Below are positions 47,639 through 58,986 of a stretch of DNA of 64,000 bases, in pieces; position 1 is the first letter of the stretch; each line of letters starts with the position of its first letter. The stretch is taken from assembly GCA_963709865.1 (NCBI GenBank), contig CAVPXW010000012.1, forward strand, positions 47,671-111,670, written 5' to 3'. The translations under genes were made by a program, and so were the position numbers. Under the pieces are notes generated by a model. That model was not told the DNA's origin, ran no database searches, and saw only the letters and a program-made list of their open reading frames with translations. This DNA is from an uncultured Acidobacteriota bacterium (GTDB lineage: Bacteria > Acidobacteriota > Terriglobia > Terriglobales > Acidobacteriaceae).

Positions 47639-48148
47639 TTATCGTGCCACCGCACGCTGGCGGCTGAGGGTCCCGGCCGTATGCAGATGGCAGATGGCAA
47701 TGGCGAGCGCGTCGGAAGCGTCCATGGGCTCTGGTGGCGTGGCCAGCTCCAGGAGGCGGGTCACCATGTGCTGCACTTGCTGCTTTTCGGCGCGTCCATA
47801 ACCGACGACCGACGACTTGATGGTCAGCGGCGAATATTCGGCCACCTCCAGTCCAGCGGTCGCGGCGGCCAGCATCGCGACGCCACGGACCTGCCCCAGT
47901 TTGAGCGCCGACTTCACATTGAGAGCGTAGAAGACATCTTCAATGGCAACCTCATCGGGCTGGTGCTGGGCAATAATCTCGCCGAGCTGGGTGAAGATGC
48001 GGGACAGGCGGCGGGGCAGCGCCTCGCGCGGAGAAAGCTTGATCGCGCCGCAGGTCAGGCAGCACAGCTTGCCGCTGTCATACATCTCGACCACGCCGTA
48101 GCCGGTGTACTCTCCGCCGCAGTCGATGCCCAGGACTCGCATGTGCAA
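47639..48148 (-). CDS. ruvC: crossover junction endodeoxyribonuclease RuvC
   Basis: MRVLGIDCGGEYTGYGVV... with the first catalytic Asp, IEDVFYA, and DASDALAIAICH. Confidence 0.9.
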   Translation of the reverse strand: MHMRVLGIDCGGEYTGYGVVEMYDSGKLCCLTCGAIKLSPREALPRRLSRIFTQLGEIIAQHQPDEVAIEDVFYALNVKSALKLGQVRGVAMLAAATAGLEVAEYSPLTIKSSVVGYGRAEKQQVQHMVTRLLELATPPEPMDASDALAIAICHLHTAGTLSRQRAVAR

Positions 48149-48212
48149 GCAGTGTATCGCGGAAGTGGCGGACAGTCCTAGTGGGCAGGGTTATGCTGCT
48201 AGCCGGCAGAAG

Positions 48213-48356
48213 AGCATTTAACCGCGAAGGACGCTAAGGGCTCGCAGAGGGCGCGAAGAAAAACGGCCGTCGATGAAAGCCGGACATCATTTTGATGTTG
48301 TTCTTCTTGGCGTTCTTCGCGGACTCTCTCAGCGAACCTCTGCGGTTAAAGGCTTC
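48213..48356. repeat. repeat family A, full copy
   Basis: GCATTTAACCGCGAAGGACGCTAAGGGCTCGCAGAGGGCGCGAAGAA ... TTCTTGGCGTTCTTCGCGGACTCTCTCAGCGAACCTCTGCGGTTAAAGGC. Confidence 0.6.
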
Positions 48357-48372
48357 TGCTCGTTGGAAAATC

Positions 48373-50190
48373 TCACCACGCCCAGGCATAGGCATCGACG
48401 CGGGGATCGGCTCCGGCGCTGAGAACCCCGGTGTTCACGTCAACAATGATTCCGGCGTTCGAGCCGAGCGACCACGGGGGCGCGACGTGCAGTTTGTGGC
48501 CGCGGGCAATCAGCGCCTGCCGCGTCGACTCCGGGATGCGCTCCTCGACCGACATGTCGCCGGGATACATGGTGTGCGGGAACGGTGAGGCCGGGAAAGC
48601 GCGCGACGACCAGCGCGGCGCCTCGATGGCCTGCTGAATGTTCATGCCGAAATCGATCATGTTGATCAGCGTCTGCATGGTCCGCATCACCTGATCGTCG
48701 CCACCCGGGCTGCCCAGGATCGCGTAGGGCTGCCCATCTTTCATGATCAACGTGCTCTGCAGCGTGCTGCGCGGCCGCTTGCCCGGTTCCAAGCGCGTTG
48801 GCCTCGCCGCGGACCAGCGAGTAATAGTCGCCGCGGCAGTTGAAGATGATGCCAGTGTCTCCCATGACGACGCCAGTGCCAAACAAACTGTGCAGGCTGG
48901 GCTCGAAGCTGACCATGTTGTGATCCTTGTCGACGACTGCGATGTAGCTGGTATCGCCGTTGTGGCTGGCATCGCCCGTCGAGGACCTCGTGCACCGGGC
49001 GGTCCAGCTCTGAGGCGTCCGCGCGTGAACTTCTCGGGCGCACCCGGTCGCAGTTCCAGCGATGCTTTGGCGGGATCGATCAGCTTTCGGCGTTCGCGGG
49101 CGTAATCCTTCGAGAGCAGGCCGTCGTAGGGAATCTTGATGAAGTCCATGTCGCCGAGATATTTTTCGCGATCGGCCATGGCGAGTTTTACCGCCTCCAC
49201 GCTGGTGTGGAGAAAGTCGGGGCTGTTGTGGCCCAGCGCTTTCAGGTCGTAACCTTCGAGAAGATTGAGCGCAATGAGTTCGGTTGGGCCCTGGCTGGCC
49301 GACGGATTCTTGTAAATCTGGTAGCCGCGGTAGTTGATGGAAACCGGCGTCTCGACTTCCGCGGTGTATTCGGCGAAGTCTTCGTAGCGGAACAGGCCGC
49401 CATTGGCCTCGGAGAACGCAGCCAGATCCTTGGCAATGTCGCCTTTGTAGAAGCGATCGCGCGCCGCTTTCAGCGCTTCGTGCCGGCCTTTGGCGTGGTT
49501 CGCCTTCTCGGCTTCGACCAGTTTCTTCAGCGTGCGCGCGAGATCGGGATTTCGGAGGATTTCGCCCGCCTTCGGCGGCCGGCCGTTGGGCAGGTAGATT
49601 TTGACGGTCGTCGGATACTTGAGAATCTTCTTCGATTCCGCGATGTAGGACGCGCCATATTCGCTGAGCGGGAAGCCATTCTCGGCGAGGTCGATGGCGG
49701 GCTGCAGAACCTGCTCGAAGCTCATCGTGCCCCAGCGGTCGAGCAGGGTGTACCAGGCGTCCACCACGCCGGGCAGGCCGCCGGAGAGCAGGCCGTCACT
49801 CTCGGGAATTTTGCCTCCGTTGTTTTTCTCGTACCAGCTCGATGGTTGCCAGCTTGGGCGCGCGCGGTTCGGCGTTGACGGAATAGACCTTCTTGTCGCG
49901 CGCGTTATAGACGAGAACGACGGCGTCGCTGCCCAACGCCGTTGAGGGAGAAGTCGGTGACCCCCAAGCGCGGCCTGACCGCCGACGGCGGCGTCGAAGG
50001 CGTTGCCGCCCATCGCGAGAATCTGGCGCGCGGCTTCGGTAGCCTCGGCTTTCATGGAAGCGACGGCGGCATGGCGTCCGCGGATGACCGGGCGCATGGT
50101 CTGGGTGGAGTCGGAGGTTTGCGTCAGGGATCGGGGAACAAGTGCGAGCAGAACAACGAACGCGACGGCTAGTGGTGATCTGTGTGACAT
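48373..50190 (-). pseudogene. ggt: gamma-glutamyltransferase, about 5 frame breaks
   Basis: The signal peptide, ASMKAEATEAARQILAMGGNAFDAAV and most of both subunits are in ORF 48373..50190. GSDAVVLVYNARDKKVYSVNAEPRAP is in ORF 49796..50257. GDTSYIAVVDKDHNMVSFEPS (catalytic Thr region) is in the frame of ORF 48440..48916. Junctions are near 49960, 49840, 49020, 48975 and 48795. Confidence 0.85.
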
Positions 50191-50280
50191 CGGATTCTGT
50201 CACCTCGGGGCATCTGTGGAATCCCATCTTTCGCAACGAACGCGAAAGATGAGCCACCCCAGTTGTATTGGCTCAAGAGA

Positions 50281-50316
50281 CTAAAGTCAAAAGCGGCGGA
50301 CAAGGAGTGTCCGCCC
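50281..50316 (-). terminator. candidate Rho-independent terminator of the cstA-ybdD unit
   Basis: GGCGGACA-AGGAG-TGTCCGCC 8-bp stem (50295-50315), followed on the minus strand by TTTTGACTTT. Confidence 0.5.
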
Positions 50317-50322
50317 CACACC

Positions 50323-50494
50323 TTAGCAGCATTTTGGCCGCCGCGTCTTTGCCTCTTCGAATTCTTGGCGAAACGCGGCGTAGGCCGCTTGGCGACGACC
50401 GCATCCGCTTTCGACTCAGGAAGCGCTCGTAGGCGGCCTCATCGAAAATCTCGCGCAGCGTGGCCAGCAAATTCGGGCTGCCTTCAGGAAGCGG
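50323..50494 (-). pseudogene. YbdD/YjiX-family small protein (DUF466), frame break near 50385
   Basis: LREIFDEAAYERFLSRKRM... is in ORF 50273..50470. The typical C-terminus AYAAFRQEFEEAKTRRPKCC-stop reads in another frame (TAA 50323-50325). It sits directly after cstA, the conserved position for this family. Confidence 0.55.
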
Positions 50495-50495
50495 C

Positions 50496-52585
50496 TCATC
50501 CTCGCTCCTCCGCCAGGCGTGTCATCACGAATGGGACCTCTTTCACGCGGGCCTCTTCCCTTCCGCTCAAGACGCCGATCCATTGCCGAACGGATTCGAT
50601 CAGGACCAGTGCGACCATCACGACCAGAACGGCCGTGACCGCGGCATCCAGTCGGTTGTTGAAGATCAGGCGCGCGGTTGCGTTGGTGCGCGGCCCCGCC
50701 GCCAGAGCCCGGGCCTGCGCCAGAAATCCGACTCGCGGATTGGGATCGAGAATCTTGTGCCACGAAGCAGTAAATGTGACCGCGACCAGCCAGGCCAGCG
50801 GCACCAGCGTGACCGCGGCATACCGGGTTCGGTGCATCTTGATGATGATGGTCGTGGCCACGCACAGAGCCACGGTCGCCAGCAACTGGTTGGCGATTCC
50901 GAACAGCGGCCACAGCGAATTGATGCCGCCCAGCGGGTCTTTCACGCCTTGCCACAGGAAGAATCCCCAGGCGCCGACAATCAGGGCGCTAGTGGCGAGA
51001 ATGGACGGATACCAACTGGTTCGCCCCAGAGGTTTGTAGATATGCCCCAGCGCGTCCTGAATCATGAAGCGGGCTACGCGGGTTCCGGCGTCGAGGATGG
51101 TCAGGATGAACAACGCCTCGAACATGACGGCAAAGTGATACCACAGCGCCATCACGGTGGCGCCGCCCAGGCTCTGCGAGAAAATGTGCGCCATGCCCAC
51201 GGCGAATGCGGGAGCGCCGCCGGTACGATTGAACAGACGTCTGCTCGCCGACGGCATGGGCCAGGGCTTGCATGTCGGAGGCGGTCACGGGAAATCCCCA
51301 GCTGGAGATGGTCGCGGTCGCGGCGTCTGCGGTCTGTCCGACCATGCCCGCGGGACTGTTAATCGCAAAGTAAACTCCGGGCTGGAGCACGCAAGCCGCG
51401 ATAATCGCCATCACCGCGACTGCAGACTCGGCCATCATGGCGCCATAGCCCACCATGCGAGTTTCGGTCTCGCGGGCGATGAGTTTGGGCGTGGTTCCGC
51501 TGGAGATCAAAGAATGGAAGCCGCTGATGGCGCCACAGGCGATGGTGATGAAGGCGAAGGGAAAAATCTTTCCGGCAAACACCGGACCGGAGCCGTCCAC
51601 AAACCGGGTGAGTGCGGGCATGTGGAGCGTGGGATGCAAAGCGACAATGCCGATGGCGAGAAGCGCAATCGTCCCCAGCTTCACGAACGTGCTCAGATAA
51701 TCGCGCGGCGCCAGAAGCAGCCACACCGGCAGAGCCGACGCGGCGAATCCGTACACAATGATGAGAATCGCCAGCGTGGGGGCGCGCAAGGTGAACACGC
51801 TGCGCCATGGCGGGATTCTGCGATGCCCACTGCCCGCCCCAGATCGCCAGCAGCACCAGGAAGAAGCCGAGGATGGAGACTTCCAGCACTTTGCCCGGCC
51901 GAATGCGCCGCAGGTAGAGTCCCATCAGCAGGGCGATCGGGATCGTCATGGCAATCGTGAACGTGCCCCAGGGACTGTCTTTCAGCGCATTGACGACGAT
52001 CAACGCGGCCACGCCGAGCAGAATGACGAGAATCGCGATCACGGCGGTGTAAGCCACAAAGCCACCCACGCGCCCGATTTCTTCTTTCGCCATTTCGGTG
52101 AGTGACTTGCCGTCGCGGCGCACGGAGAAAAGCAGGATGACGAAGTCTTGCACGCACCCGGCAAAAACGGCGCCGGCCAGCACCCACAGCGTTCCCGGAA
52201 GGTAGCCGAACTGCGCGGCCAGCACCGGCCCGACCAAAGGACCCGGCCCGGCGATGGCGGCAAAATGATGGCCAAACACGACCCACTTATTGGTGACAAG
52301 AAAATCCCGTCCGTTTTCCAGGCGCTCGGCAGGGGTGGCGCGGAGGGAGTCGAGAGCGAGAATCCTGGCTGCAATGAACTTGCTGTAGAAACGGTATCCC
52401 AGCGCATAGCAGCAGGTCGCGGCCACGACCAGCCACAAAGCATTAATGGGTTCTCCGCGGTGAACGGCGATCACGCCCAGCGCCAGGGCGCCGAGCAGGC
52501 CGACCGCCCCCCAGGCAAGATCGACACGGTCTTGTTCATGTCCGTCGAGCATTGTGTCGAATCCTGGGCCGGAGCGCAATGCCAA
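50496..52585 (-). pseudogene. cstA: carbon starvation protein A (peptide/pyruvate transporter family), 2 frame breaks
   Basis: The N-terminal third (RYPLGYRFYSKFIAARIL-like YALGYRFYSKFIAARILALD, FGHHFAAIAGPGPLVGPVLAAQFGYLPG) is in ORF 51359..52585. The middle is in ORF 50989..51798 and the C-terminus in ORF 50496..51257. Junctions are near 51800 and 51250. Confidence 0.85.
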
Positions 52586-52778
52586 TCAAACGGGCGCAGA
52601 GAGCCGTACCTGAACGATTTTCTCTTGGCTCTTTGGCTTTGGGGTGCATCGATTTGGTGTTACTCTATTTATTCCGGCCGAATTTTCACCCTGCGTTCTG
52701 GGCTTTCCGTCATCACCCGTGCACCCGGGGTGCATTCGGAGGACTTCATTCTGAACTCATACTGAGCAGGAGCATACG

Positions 52779-53849
52779 ATGAAAATTGGCATGTTAACTG
52801 GCGGGGGCGATTGCCCTGGGCTGAACGCGGTCATTCGCGCCGTGGTGCGCAAGGGCGTGTTTCACTATCACGATGAATTTGTGGGCTTTCTGGAAGGCTG
52901 GCGCGGCCTGATCGAAGACCAGAGCATGGCCCTCGACCTGGACGCGGTCAGCGGAATTCTGCCCCGCGGCGGAACCATTCTGCGCACCTCGCGGACGAAT
53001 CCCTCCAAGCGTCCCGATGGCATCGATCGCTGCATCGCCACAATTGACAAGCACAAGATCGATGCCCTGGTGGCGATTGGCGGCGACGACACGTTGTCGG
53101 TCGCCCAGAAGCTTCACGAAAAGGGAATCAAAGTGATCGGCGTGCCCAAGACCATCGACAACGATCTGGGGGGAACCGACTACACTTTCGGATTCGATAC
53201 GGCCTGCAATGTCGTGTGCGAAGCGATTGACCGCGTCCACACCACGGCCGAGGCGCACAACCGCGTGATGGTGGTCGAGGTGATGGGCCGGGATGCAGGC
53301 TGGATCGCCCTGTACAGCGGCATCGCCGGCGGCGCCGACGTGATCCTGATTCCGGAGCGGCCGTTCGACGTCGACAAGGTGGCGGAGTCGATTCGGCAGC
53401 GGCACGAGCGCGGCCGTTACTTCTCCATTGTCGTGGTGGCCGAGGGGGCAAAGTTTTCGTCGGATACCGGCTCCGGGGCTCCCATCCTGCAGGACATGGG
53501 CAAGGATGAATTTGGCCACGCCAAGTTGGGTGGCATCGCGAACATTCTGGCGCGCGAGATTGAGAAGCGTACGGGCTTCGAAACGCGGGCAGTGGTGCTG
53601 GGACACATCCAGCGCGGCGGTTCGCCCAGCGCTTTCGACCGGGTGCTGGCGACACGCTACGGCCTGGGCGCGATCGACATGGTTCATCGCGGGGAGTTTG
53701 GCTGCATGGCGGCGTTGCGGTCGAACAAGATCGTCTCCATCCCGCTGAAAGAGGCGATCTCCAAGAACCGCGTGGTCGACAACGAAATGATTCAGATCGT
53801 GGACGGCCTTTTCGAAGAGATCGTCGAGAAGGAAGCCGCGGGCAACTAG
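52779..53849 (+). CDS. pfkA: 6-phosphofructokinase
   Basis: [47 protein letters not shown]. Confidence 0.9.
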   Translation: MKIGMLTGGGDCPGLNAVIRAVVRKGVFHYHDEFVGFLEGWRGLIEDQSMALDLDAVSGILPRGGTILRTSRTNPSKRPDGIDRCIATIDKHKIDALVAIGGDDTLSVAQKLHEKGIKVIGVPKTIDNDLGGTDYTFGFDTACNVVCEAIDRVHTTAEAHNRVMVVEVMGRDAGWIALYSGIAGGADVILIPERPFDVDKVAESIRQRHERGRYFSIVVVAEGAKFSSDTGSGAPILQDMGKDEFGHAKLGGIANILAREIEKRTGFETRAVVLGHIQRGGSPSAFDRVLATRYGLGAIDMVHRGEFGCMAALRSNKIVSIPLKEAISKNRVVDNEMIQIVDGLFEEIVEKEAAGN

Positions 53850-53863
53850 CGATCCGGGGTTGC

Positions 53864-53903
53864 GGCCTCCACCCTGCTTGTCGGGTGGAGGCCGTTTTTC
53901 TTT
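53864..53903 (+). terminator. Rho-independent terminator after pfkA
   Basis: GGCCTCCACCC-TGCTTGTC-GGGTGGAGGCC perfect 11-bp stem followed by GTTTTTCTTT. Confidence 0.7.
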
Positions 53904-54010
53904 GTCGCTTGCGCGGGCCGAGACGGTTGCGGAAAAACGTACAGTTCTACGGAACAAGCGACCACAGGGGCTGAAGCCCACACTGATTCCATACGCCTTA
54001 ACGCGGCCCT

Positions 54011-54064
54011 GGAAGGGCCGCTCTTCCACATGCCTTACGGCACTAGAAGGGCCGCTCTTCCACA
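54011..54064. repeat. local direct repeat GAAGGGCCGCTCTTCCACA (2 copies, 34-nt period)
   Basis: 54012-54030 and 54046-54064 are identical 19-mers. Each contains the short inverted repeat GGAAG/CTTCC or GAAG/CTTC. Confidence 0.6.
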
Positions 54065-54129
54065 GTAGTGCACGCATTTGTAGTTTTTCCGCAACCTCCG
54101 AAACGGCACGGTACGTTAGACTTTCAACC

Positions 54130-55830
54130 ATGGAGCACGGCCACCCGGACAGACTCTTCCTCACCCTCGCGCCGTGGCTGCTGGTTATCATTGAGTTCGT
54201 TCTCGTCATCGCCGCAGTGGCGCTGACATTCCTCGCCCAGCGAAAGAGCGCGGCTCGGGATAAGAGTCCGGTGTTCTTATCGTGGCAAAGCGCTTTTTCG
54301 CGCCTGGCTCGCCGAAAAACTCTAGCCATCGTCGCAGTCGGCACGTGCACGTTGGCCCTCCGGGTGGCGATCATTCCGCTATGGGGCATACCTCAACCCA
54401 TGTGGCATGACGAGTTTAGTTTTCTGCTGGCCGCCGACACGTTTGCCCATGGCCGGCTGACCAATCCCACCCACCCGATGTGGATCCACTTCGAAAGCTT
54501 CCACATCATCCAGCACCCGACTTACATGTCCATGTATCCGCCGGCCCAGGGACTGATGCTTGCAGCGGGCCAGCTTCTCGGGCATCCCTGGATCGGCCAA
54601 CTGCTCACCACCGCGTTGATGTGCGCGCTGTTGTGCTGGATGCTTCAGGCTTGGCTCCCACCGGCTTGGGCGCTGTTGGGAGCATCGCTGGCCATGCTGC
54701 AAACCGGGCTTCTGGGCTACTGGATGAACAGCTACTTTGGCAGTTCGCTGCCGGCCGTGGGCGGCTTGCTGGTGCTGGGCACGCTGCCGCGTATCGAGCG
54801 TCACGCGCGGCTGCGCGATGCTCTGCTGATGGGACTTGGCCTGGCGATTCTGGCCAACACGCGGCCGTATGAGGGTTTTGTCTTCAGCTTGCCCATCGCC
54901 GCCGCCATGCTGGTTTGGCTGCTGAAACAGAAGAAGATTCCAGCCGCAACCGTTTTCCGCCGCGTGGTCTTGCCGCTGATCCTCGATCCTCGGCGCAACC
55001 GGGGCCGCGATGGGCTACTACTTCTGGCGGGTCACTGGCAACCCGTTCGTCATGCCCTACCAGGTGAACCGGGACACCTATGCCATGGCGCCGTACTTCG
55101 TGTGGCAGAAGCCGCGCCCGGAGCCCGTCTACCATCACGCCGAGATGCGAGACTTCTACCTCCATTGGGAACTGAAGGACTTTCAGGCGGGCAGGACGCC
55201 CGGGGATTTGCGCTCCGGCTGCTGCATAAGTTCCGCATGCTGTGGACGTTTTACATGGGGCCGATCTTTACCTTGCCTTTCCTTGCCTTGCCCTGGCTGT
55301 TTCGTGATCGCAAGATGAGGTTCCCCTTGATCCTGGCAGCAGTGATTGCGGTGGGAGTGGTGATCGAGACCTGGACGCTGGTTCATTACGTCGCTCCAGC
55401 TCTCGGGCTGTTTTACCTGTTCCTCGTGCAATGCATTCGGCACTTGCGTTTGTACAGATGGCGGGAAAAACCGGTTGGTCACGGACTGGCTCGCGCGATT
55501 CCATTAGTTTGCGGAGCGATGATCGTGCTCCGCCTCACGGCGGTAGCGTCTGGCACCTATATCGAACCTCTTTGGCAAAGGGGAAATCTGACCAGGAACG
55601 TGATTGTGAGCGAAGTGGAGAACATGCCGGGCAAACATCTGGTCATCGTGCACTATGGTCCCACCCACGTCTCACACGTGGACTGGATCTTTAATCGAGC
55701 TGATATTGATGGGTCCAAAGTCGTGTGGGCGCGCGATATGGGGGACGAGCGGAATCAGGAACTGCTGCTTTATTTCAAGGACCGCCGGGCCTGGCGGGTC
55801 AATGCCGATGATCCGTCGCCCGAAGCTTGA
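54130..55830 (+). pseudogene. polytopic membrane protein, GT-C-fold glycosyltransferase-like, 2 frame breaks
   Basis: ATG 54130. There are about 12 TM helices, and the first-loop acidic motif PMWHDEFSF resembles GT-C (ArnT/PMT-like) enzymes. The segment [38 protein letters not shown] lies in ORF 55010..55318. Junctions are near 54995 and 55210. Confidence 0.5.
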
Positions 55831-55867
55831 GGCCTATCCTCCCAGCCCTCCTGCAAATTAACCTGAT

Positions 55868-57158
55868 ATGGTCGTGCAGGCGGGCGGATTTCGTGCCTTC
55901 GCAATGGCGACTGGGACCAACCCGGGTGGGTGGCTGACCGCGAGGCGCTTGCGCGCTCATGGCACGATTCTTGCCGTGTGTTTGTGGTCGCTTTATGTGT
56001 GGAACCTGGCGACCCCGGGCTTGCGCGACCGCAACGAAAACCTCAAAGGAACCGACTTCCTGCATCTCTACACGCTGGGCTCGCTGGCGGCGGCTCATCG
56101 AGGAGCCGATCTGTACGACATGCGTGCCCAGGCTTCGCTGGCTGCAGCAGCGCGTGCCGGAAGCTGCGGGCATCCGCTATTTGCCTCTGTATCCCCCGCA
56201 GGTGTCGATCCTGTTCGCGCCGCTGGCGCATCTCTCGTATGGCTGGGCGCTACTTCTGGTGGTGGAGTTGCAGCGCGGTTGTCTACGCGCATTTGCTGCT
56301 ACAGCGTGTGGCGTGCCTGCCCGAACTTGCGCGAGCACGGCGGGACCGTCGTTCTGCTGGCGGCGGCGTTTCCTGCTTTCTTTCACCTGATCGCCTGGGG
56401 CCAGACCTCGGCCGTTGCGCTGGCCTGCTTCACGCTGATGTTTTTCCTGCTGCGCGACCGGCGCGAGTTTCTTGCCGGCCTGGTGCTCGGATGCCTGATT
56501 TTCAAGCCGCAGTTGGGACTGGCTGCTGCCATCGTGTTCCTGGCGATTGGCGCCTGGAAAATTGTGGTTGGAGCTGCTCTTTCCGCGACGGCGCAACTCT
56601 GCGCGGGAGTTCTCTACTACGGAGCCGAACCACTCCGTCAATGGATGCGCATGCTGCGGAATGTCCGCGGCAGTGTTGCCCATGCTGGAGCCCAAGCTGT
56701 ATCAAACGCACTCCTTGCGAACGTTCTGGTCCATGCTCGTGCCTTGGGCGACTTATCTGCTCTCGCTCTTATGTTGTGAGCGCAGCCGCTGTCCTTGGCT
56801 TGACGATCGCATGTTGGAAGACGCGGTCAGGCTGTGCCCTGCCTCTGCGGTATTCAGCGCTGCTGTTGGCGAGCTGTGCTGGTGGCGCCGCATCTCACGG
56901 TTTACGATCTGGTGATTTTGGCGCCGGCATTTATTCTGCTGGCGGACTGGCTGGTTGGTCAGCCGCCCACACCCGCGACTCGCTGGCTTGGGAACTCTCC
57001 TTTATCTGGTTTACATGTTGCCGCTGCTGGGACCTTTCACGCGGTGGACGCACGTCCAGCTTTCGGTGATCGCGATGGCGATGACGGTGTACCTGATCTG
57101 GAGCATCTCCCGTGGAGCCAACGCTCCCGCCTCGGCCTCGCTGGGAGCGGGATCGTAG
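55868..57158 (+). pseudogene. polytopic membrane protein, GT87/DUF2029-like glycosyltransferase, at least 5 frame breaks
   Basis: Hydrophobic reading hops among ORFs 55868..56779, 55959..56390, 55930..57069, 56547..56915, 56834..57439 and 56955..57158. KGTDFLHLYTLGSLA and IFKPQLGL resemble the DUF2029 pattern. The family call is weak. Confidence 0.45.
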
Positions 57159-57159
57159 A

Positions 57160-58064
57160 AGATGTCCTGATGACGGGCGACGCTATCCTCATCCTGCCTG
57201 ACCGAACCCGCCTGGCCGAACAGAAATGCCAGAGCCTCGGGAAAGCGCCGTGCCCAGGCGGATTCGTGATGCGTGGCGCCGTCGTCGATGACCAACTTCA
57301 GCCGCTTGTCGTCCAATCCCGCGCGGCGAAAGATCGCGGCCAGTTCGCGCACATCGTCGACCATGCTGTGATCTCGATCCTTGCGCCCCGCTTCGGCGCG
57401 TGCCGGTCGCCAGAAAGATTCGTTCCGGCCAGCGCTTGACTCCGCGGCTCTGCCTGATCAACTGCCGGTTCGAGGCCCACAGCGACGGACTCTCCAGCAG
57501 CAAACGGCCAATCACTCCGGGACGCACGGCCGCGGTGTAAAGCGCAATCAGGGCTCCGAGGGACGACCCGCCCAGACCCGTATTCTCAGGCCCGGTTGCG
57601 ACGCGGTAATTGCGGGCCATGAACGGCATGACTTCCTTGATGAGAAAGCTGGGATAACGCGTGCCCTGCGACCCGCAGCATCATCGGATGCAGCGAGCGG
57701 TGCGGCATGTATTCGCGGATGCGGTCTCTGGCAGCATTGTCGATGCCGACAATAATCATGGGCGGAACCGCGCCTTCGCGGATCAGGCGGTCGCCGGTTT
57801 CATCCACCTGCCATTCGACGCCGGTGAAGGAGGTCGACGGCTCGAACAGATTCTGACCGTCATTGAGATAGAGCACCGGATAACGCCGGCCGGCGTTTGC
57901 CGGATCGTCGTAGCCGGAGGCAGCCACACGCGCAGGAAGCGCGTGTTGCGGAAGATGCGGCTGCGAAATTCGTGCAGGCGCAAATCTCCGGTCGCCGACT
58001 GCGCGCGGATTACGCCGGCAGCGGGCCCGGAGCCGTGGTTTTCAGTTTTCTGGATTTCTTCCAT
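57160..58064 (-). pseudogene. esterase (esterase-D / enterochelin-esterase-like alpha/beta hydrolase), at least 3 frame breaks; 3' end uncertain
   Basis: RYPVLYLNDGQNLF is in ORF 57586..57927. The nucleophile elbow GLGGSSLGAL is in ORF 57189..57629. DDGATHHESAW (catalytic His region) is in ORF 57011..57364. Confidence 0.6.
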
Positions 58065-58099
58065 CCGGAAAAGTGCATCTATCAGAATACAACGGAGGG

Positions 58100-58588
58100 C
58101 CCGCTTCATGCTCTCGCGCTCTCTCACTTTCACGCGATCGGCGAGAAGGCTGATCAGAGAAATCAGCGCGAGCGAGATCAGGCACAGGATGCACCACGTC
58201 ATCAGTTCGTAGGCTTCGATATAAGTGAGGTACAAGGGCAAAGGCCAATCCCGCAATCGCCGCTCCCAGCAGGCGGTTCGGCGTCTCGGCGCGCGACTTC
58301 CAGAATGTAGCCAGGACGAACAGGGCGGCGTAGCCGGCGACGCCGATGCCGGCGACCGGGATTCCCATGAGTGTTCGAATATTCGCTGCGGTTCACGATG
58401 TCGCAATTGAACTTCTGGCTGAAATCGCAGAAGGCGGTGGCCGACTTCGCGTAGTGCCGTTGCAACGAAACGGCCGACACGATCACTCCCGCCAGCGACA
58501 GGACCGCGATGACGGCAAAGAGAACGCGGTTTCTGGGCGCGGCTGGTGTTTCAGAAGATGGACTCAGCGCCGTCACGGCAGGCTGCAC
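58100..58588 (-). pseudogene. vitamin K epoxide reductase (VKOR) family protein, about 2 frame breaks; 3' end uncertain
   Basis: The loop Cys pair FCDFSQKFNCDIVNRSEYS is in ORF 58202..58588. The TM helices are in ORF 58042..58368. The active-site CxxC (TWCILCL) is in the frame of ORF 57783..58406. Confidence 0.6.
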
Positions 58589-58926
58589 CCGGTCTTATCG
58601 CTCAGGGCTTCCAACGACAGAACGCCTTCTTTCGGTGGTCCGTCGCCAAACTGCCAACTGGGAAACAGCTTGACTCCGGCGACCTTGCACGCCGGCGTCA
58701 ATTCCGACGACCCTTTGATCGCGCACTCCACATAGGGGACATAGTGAAAGGCTGCGCCAAACATCTCTTTCTGGTCGATGCAATGCGGGCACCAGTAGAG
58801 GCCATACATCTTGGCCTGCTTCGTCGCCAGGCACTTGGCGAAGGAATCGTACTTGTGGTTCCTGTAGTACCGGCCCGCGATGAATGCGCCCGCCAGCAGG
58901 ACCAGGATGACGCCGTAGTCAAGCAT
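58573..58926 (-). CDS. membrane-anchored thioredoxin-fold protein (VKOR partner domain as a separate ORF)
   Basis: N-terminal TM helix (GVILVLLAGAFIAG). YGLYWCPHCIDQKEMFGAAF..VPYVEC has the CPHC motif and closely resembles the Trx-like domain fused to cyanobacterial VKOR. It overlaps the VKOR start by 16 nt. Confidence 0.65.
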   Translation of the reverse strand: MLDYGVILVLLAGAFIAGRYYRNHKYDSFAKCLATKQAKMYGLYWCPHCIDQKEMFGAAFHYVPYVECAIKGSSELTPACKVAGVKLFPSWQFGDGPPKEGVLSLEALSDKTGCSLP

Positions 58927-58986
58927 CTTCTTGGCTCTTCCGTCACTCGGCTGCCATCGCGCTCCTGCTGCCGTTTTCGTCGTTCT

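Noticed and set aside
57011-57158. Genuine 150-nt convergent overlap between the GT87-like gene and the esterase gene.
   Set aside because: Both genes are frame-broken near their 3' ends, so the apparent overlap is more likely a consequence of unresolved indels than real overlapping coding.
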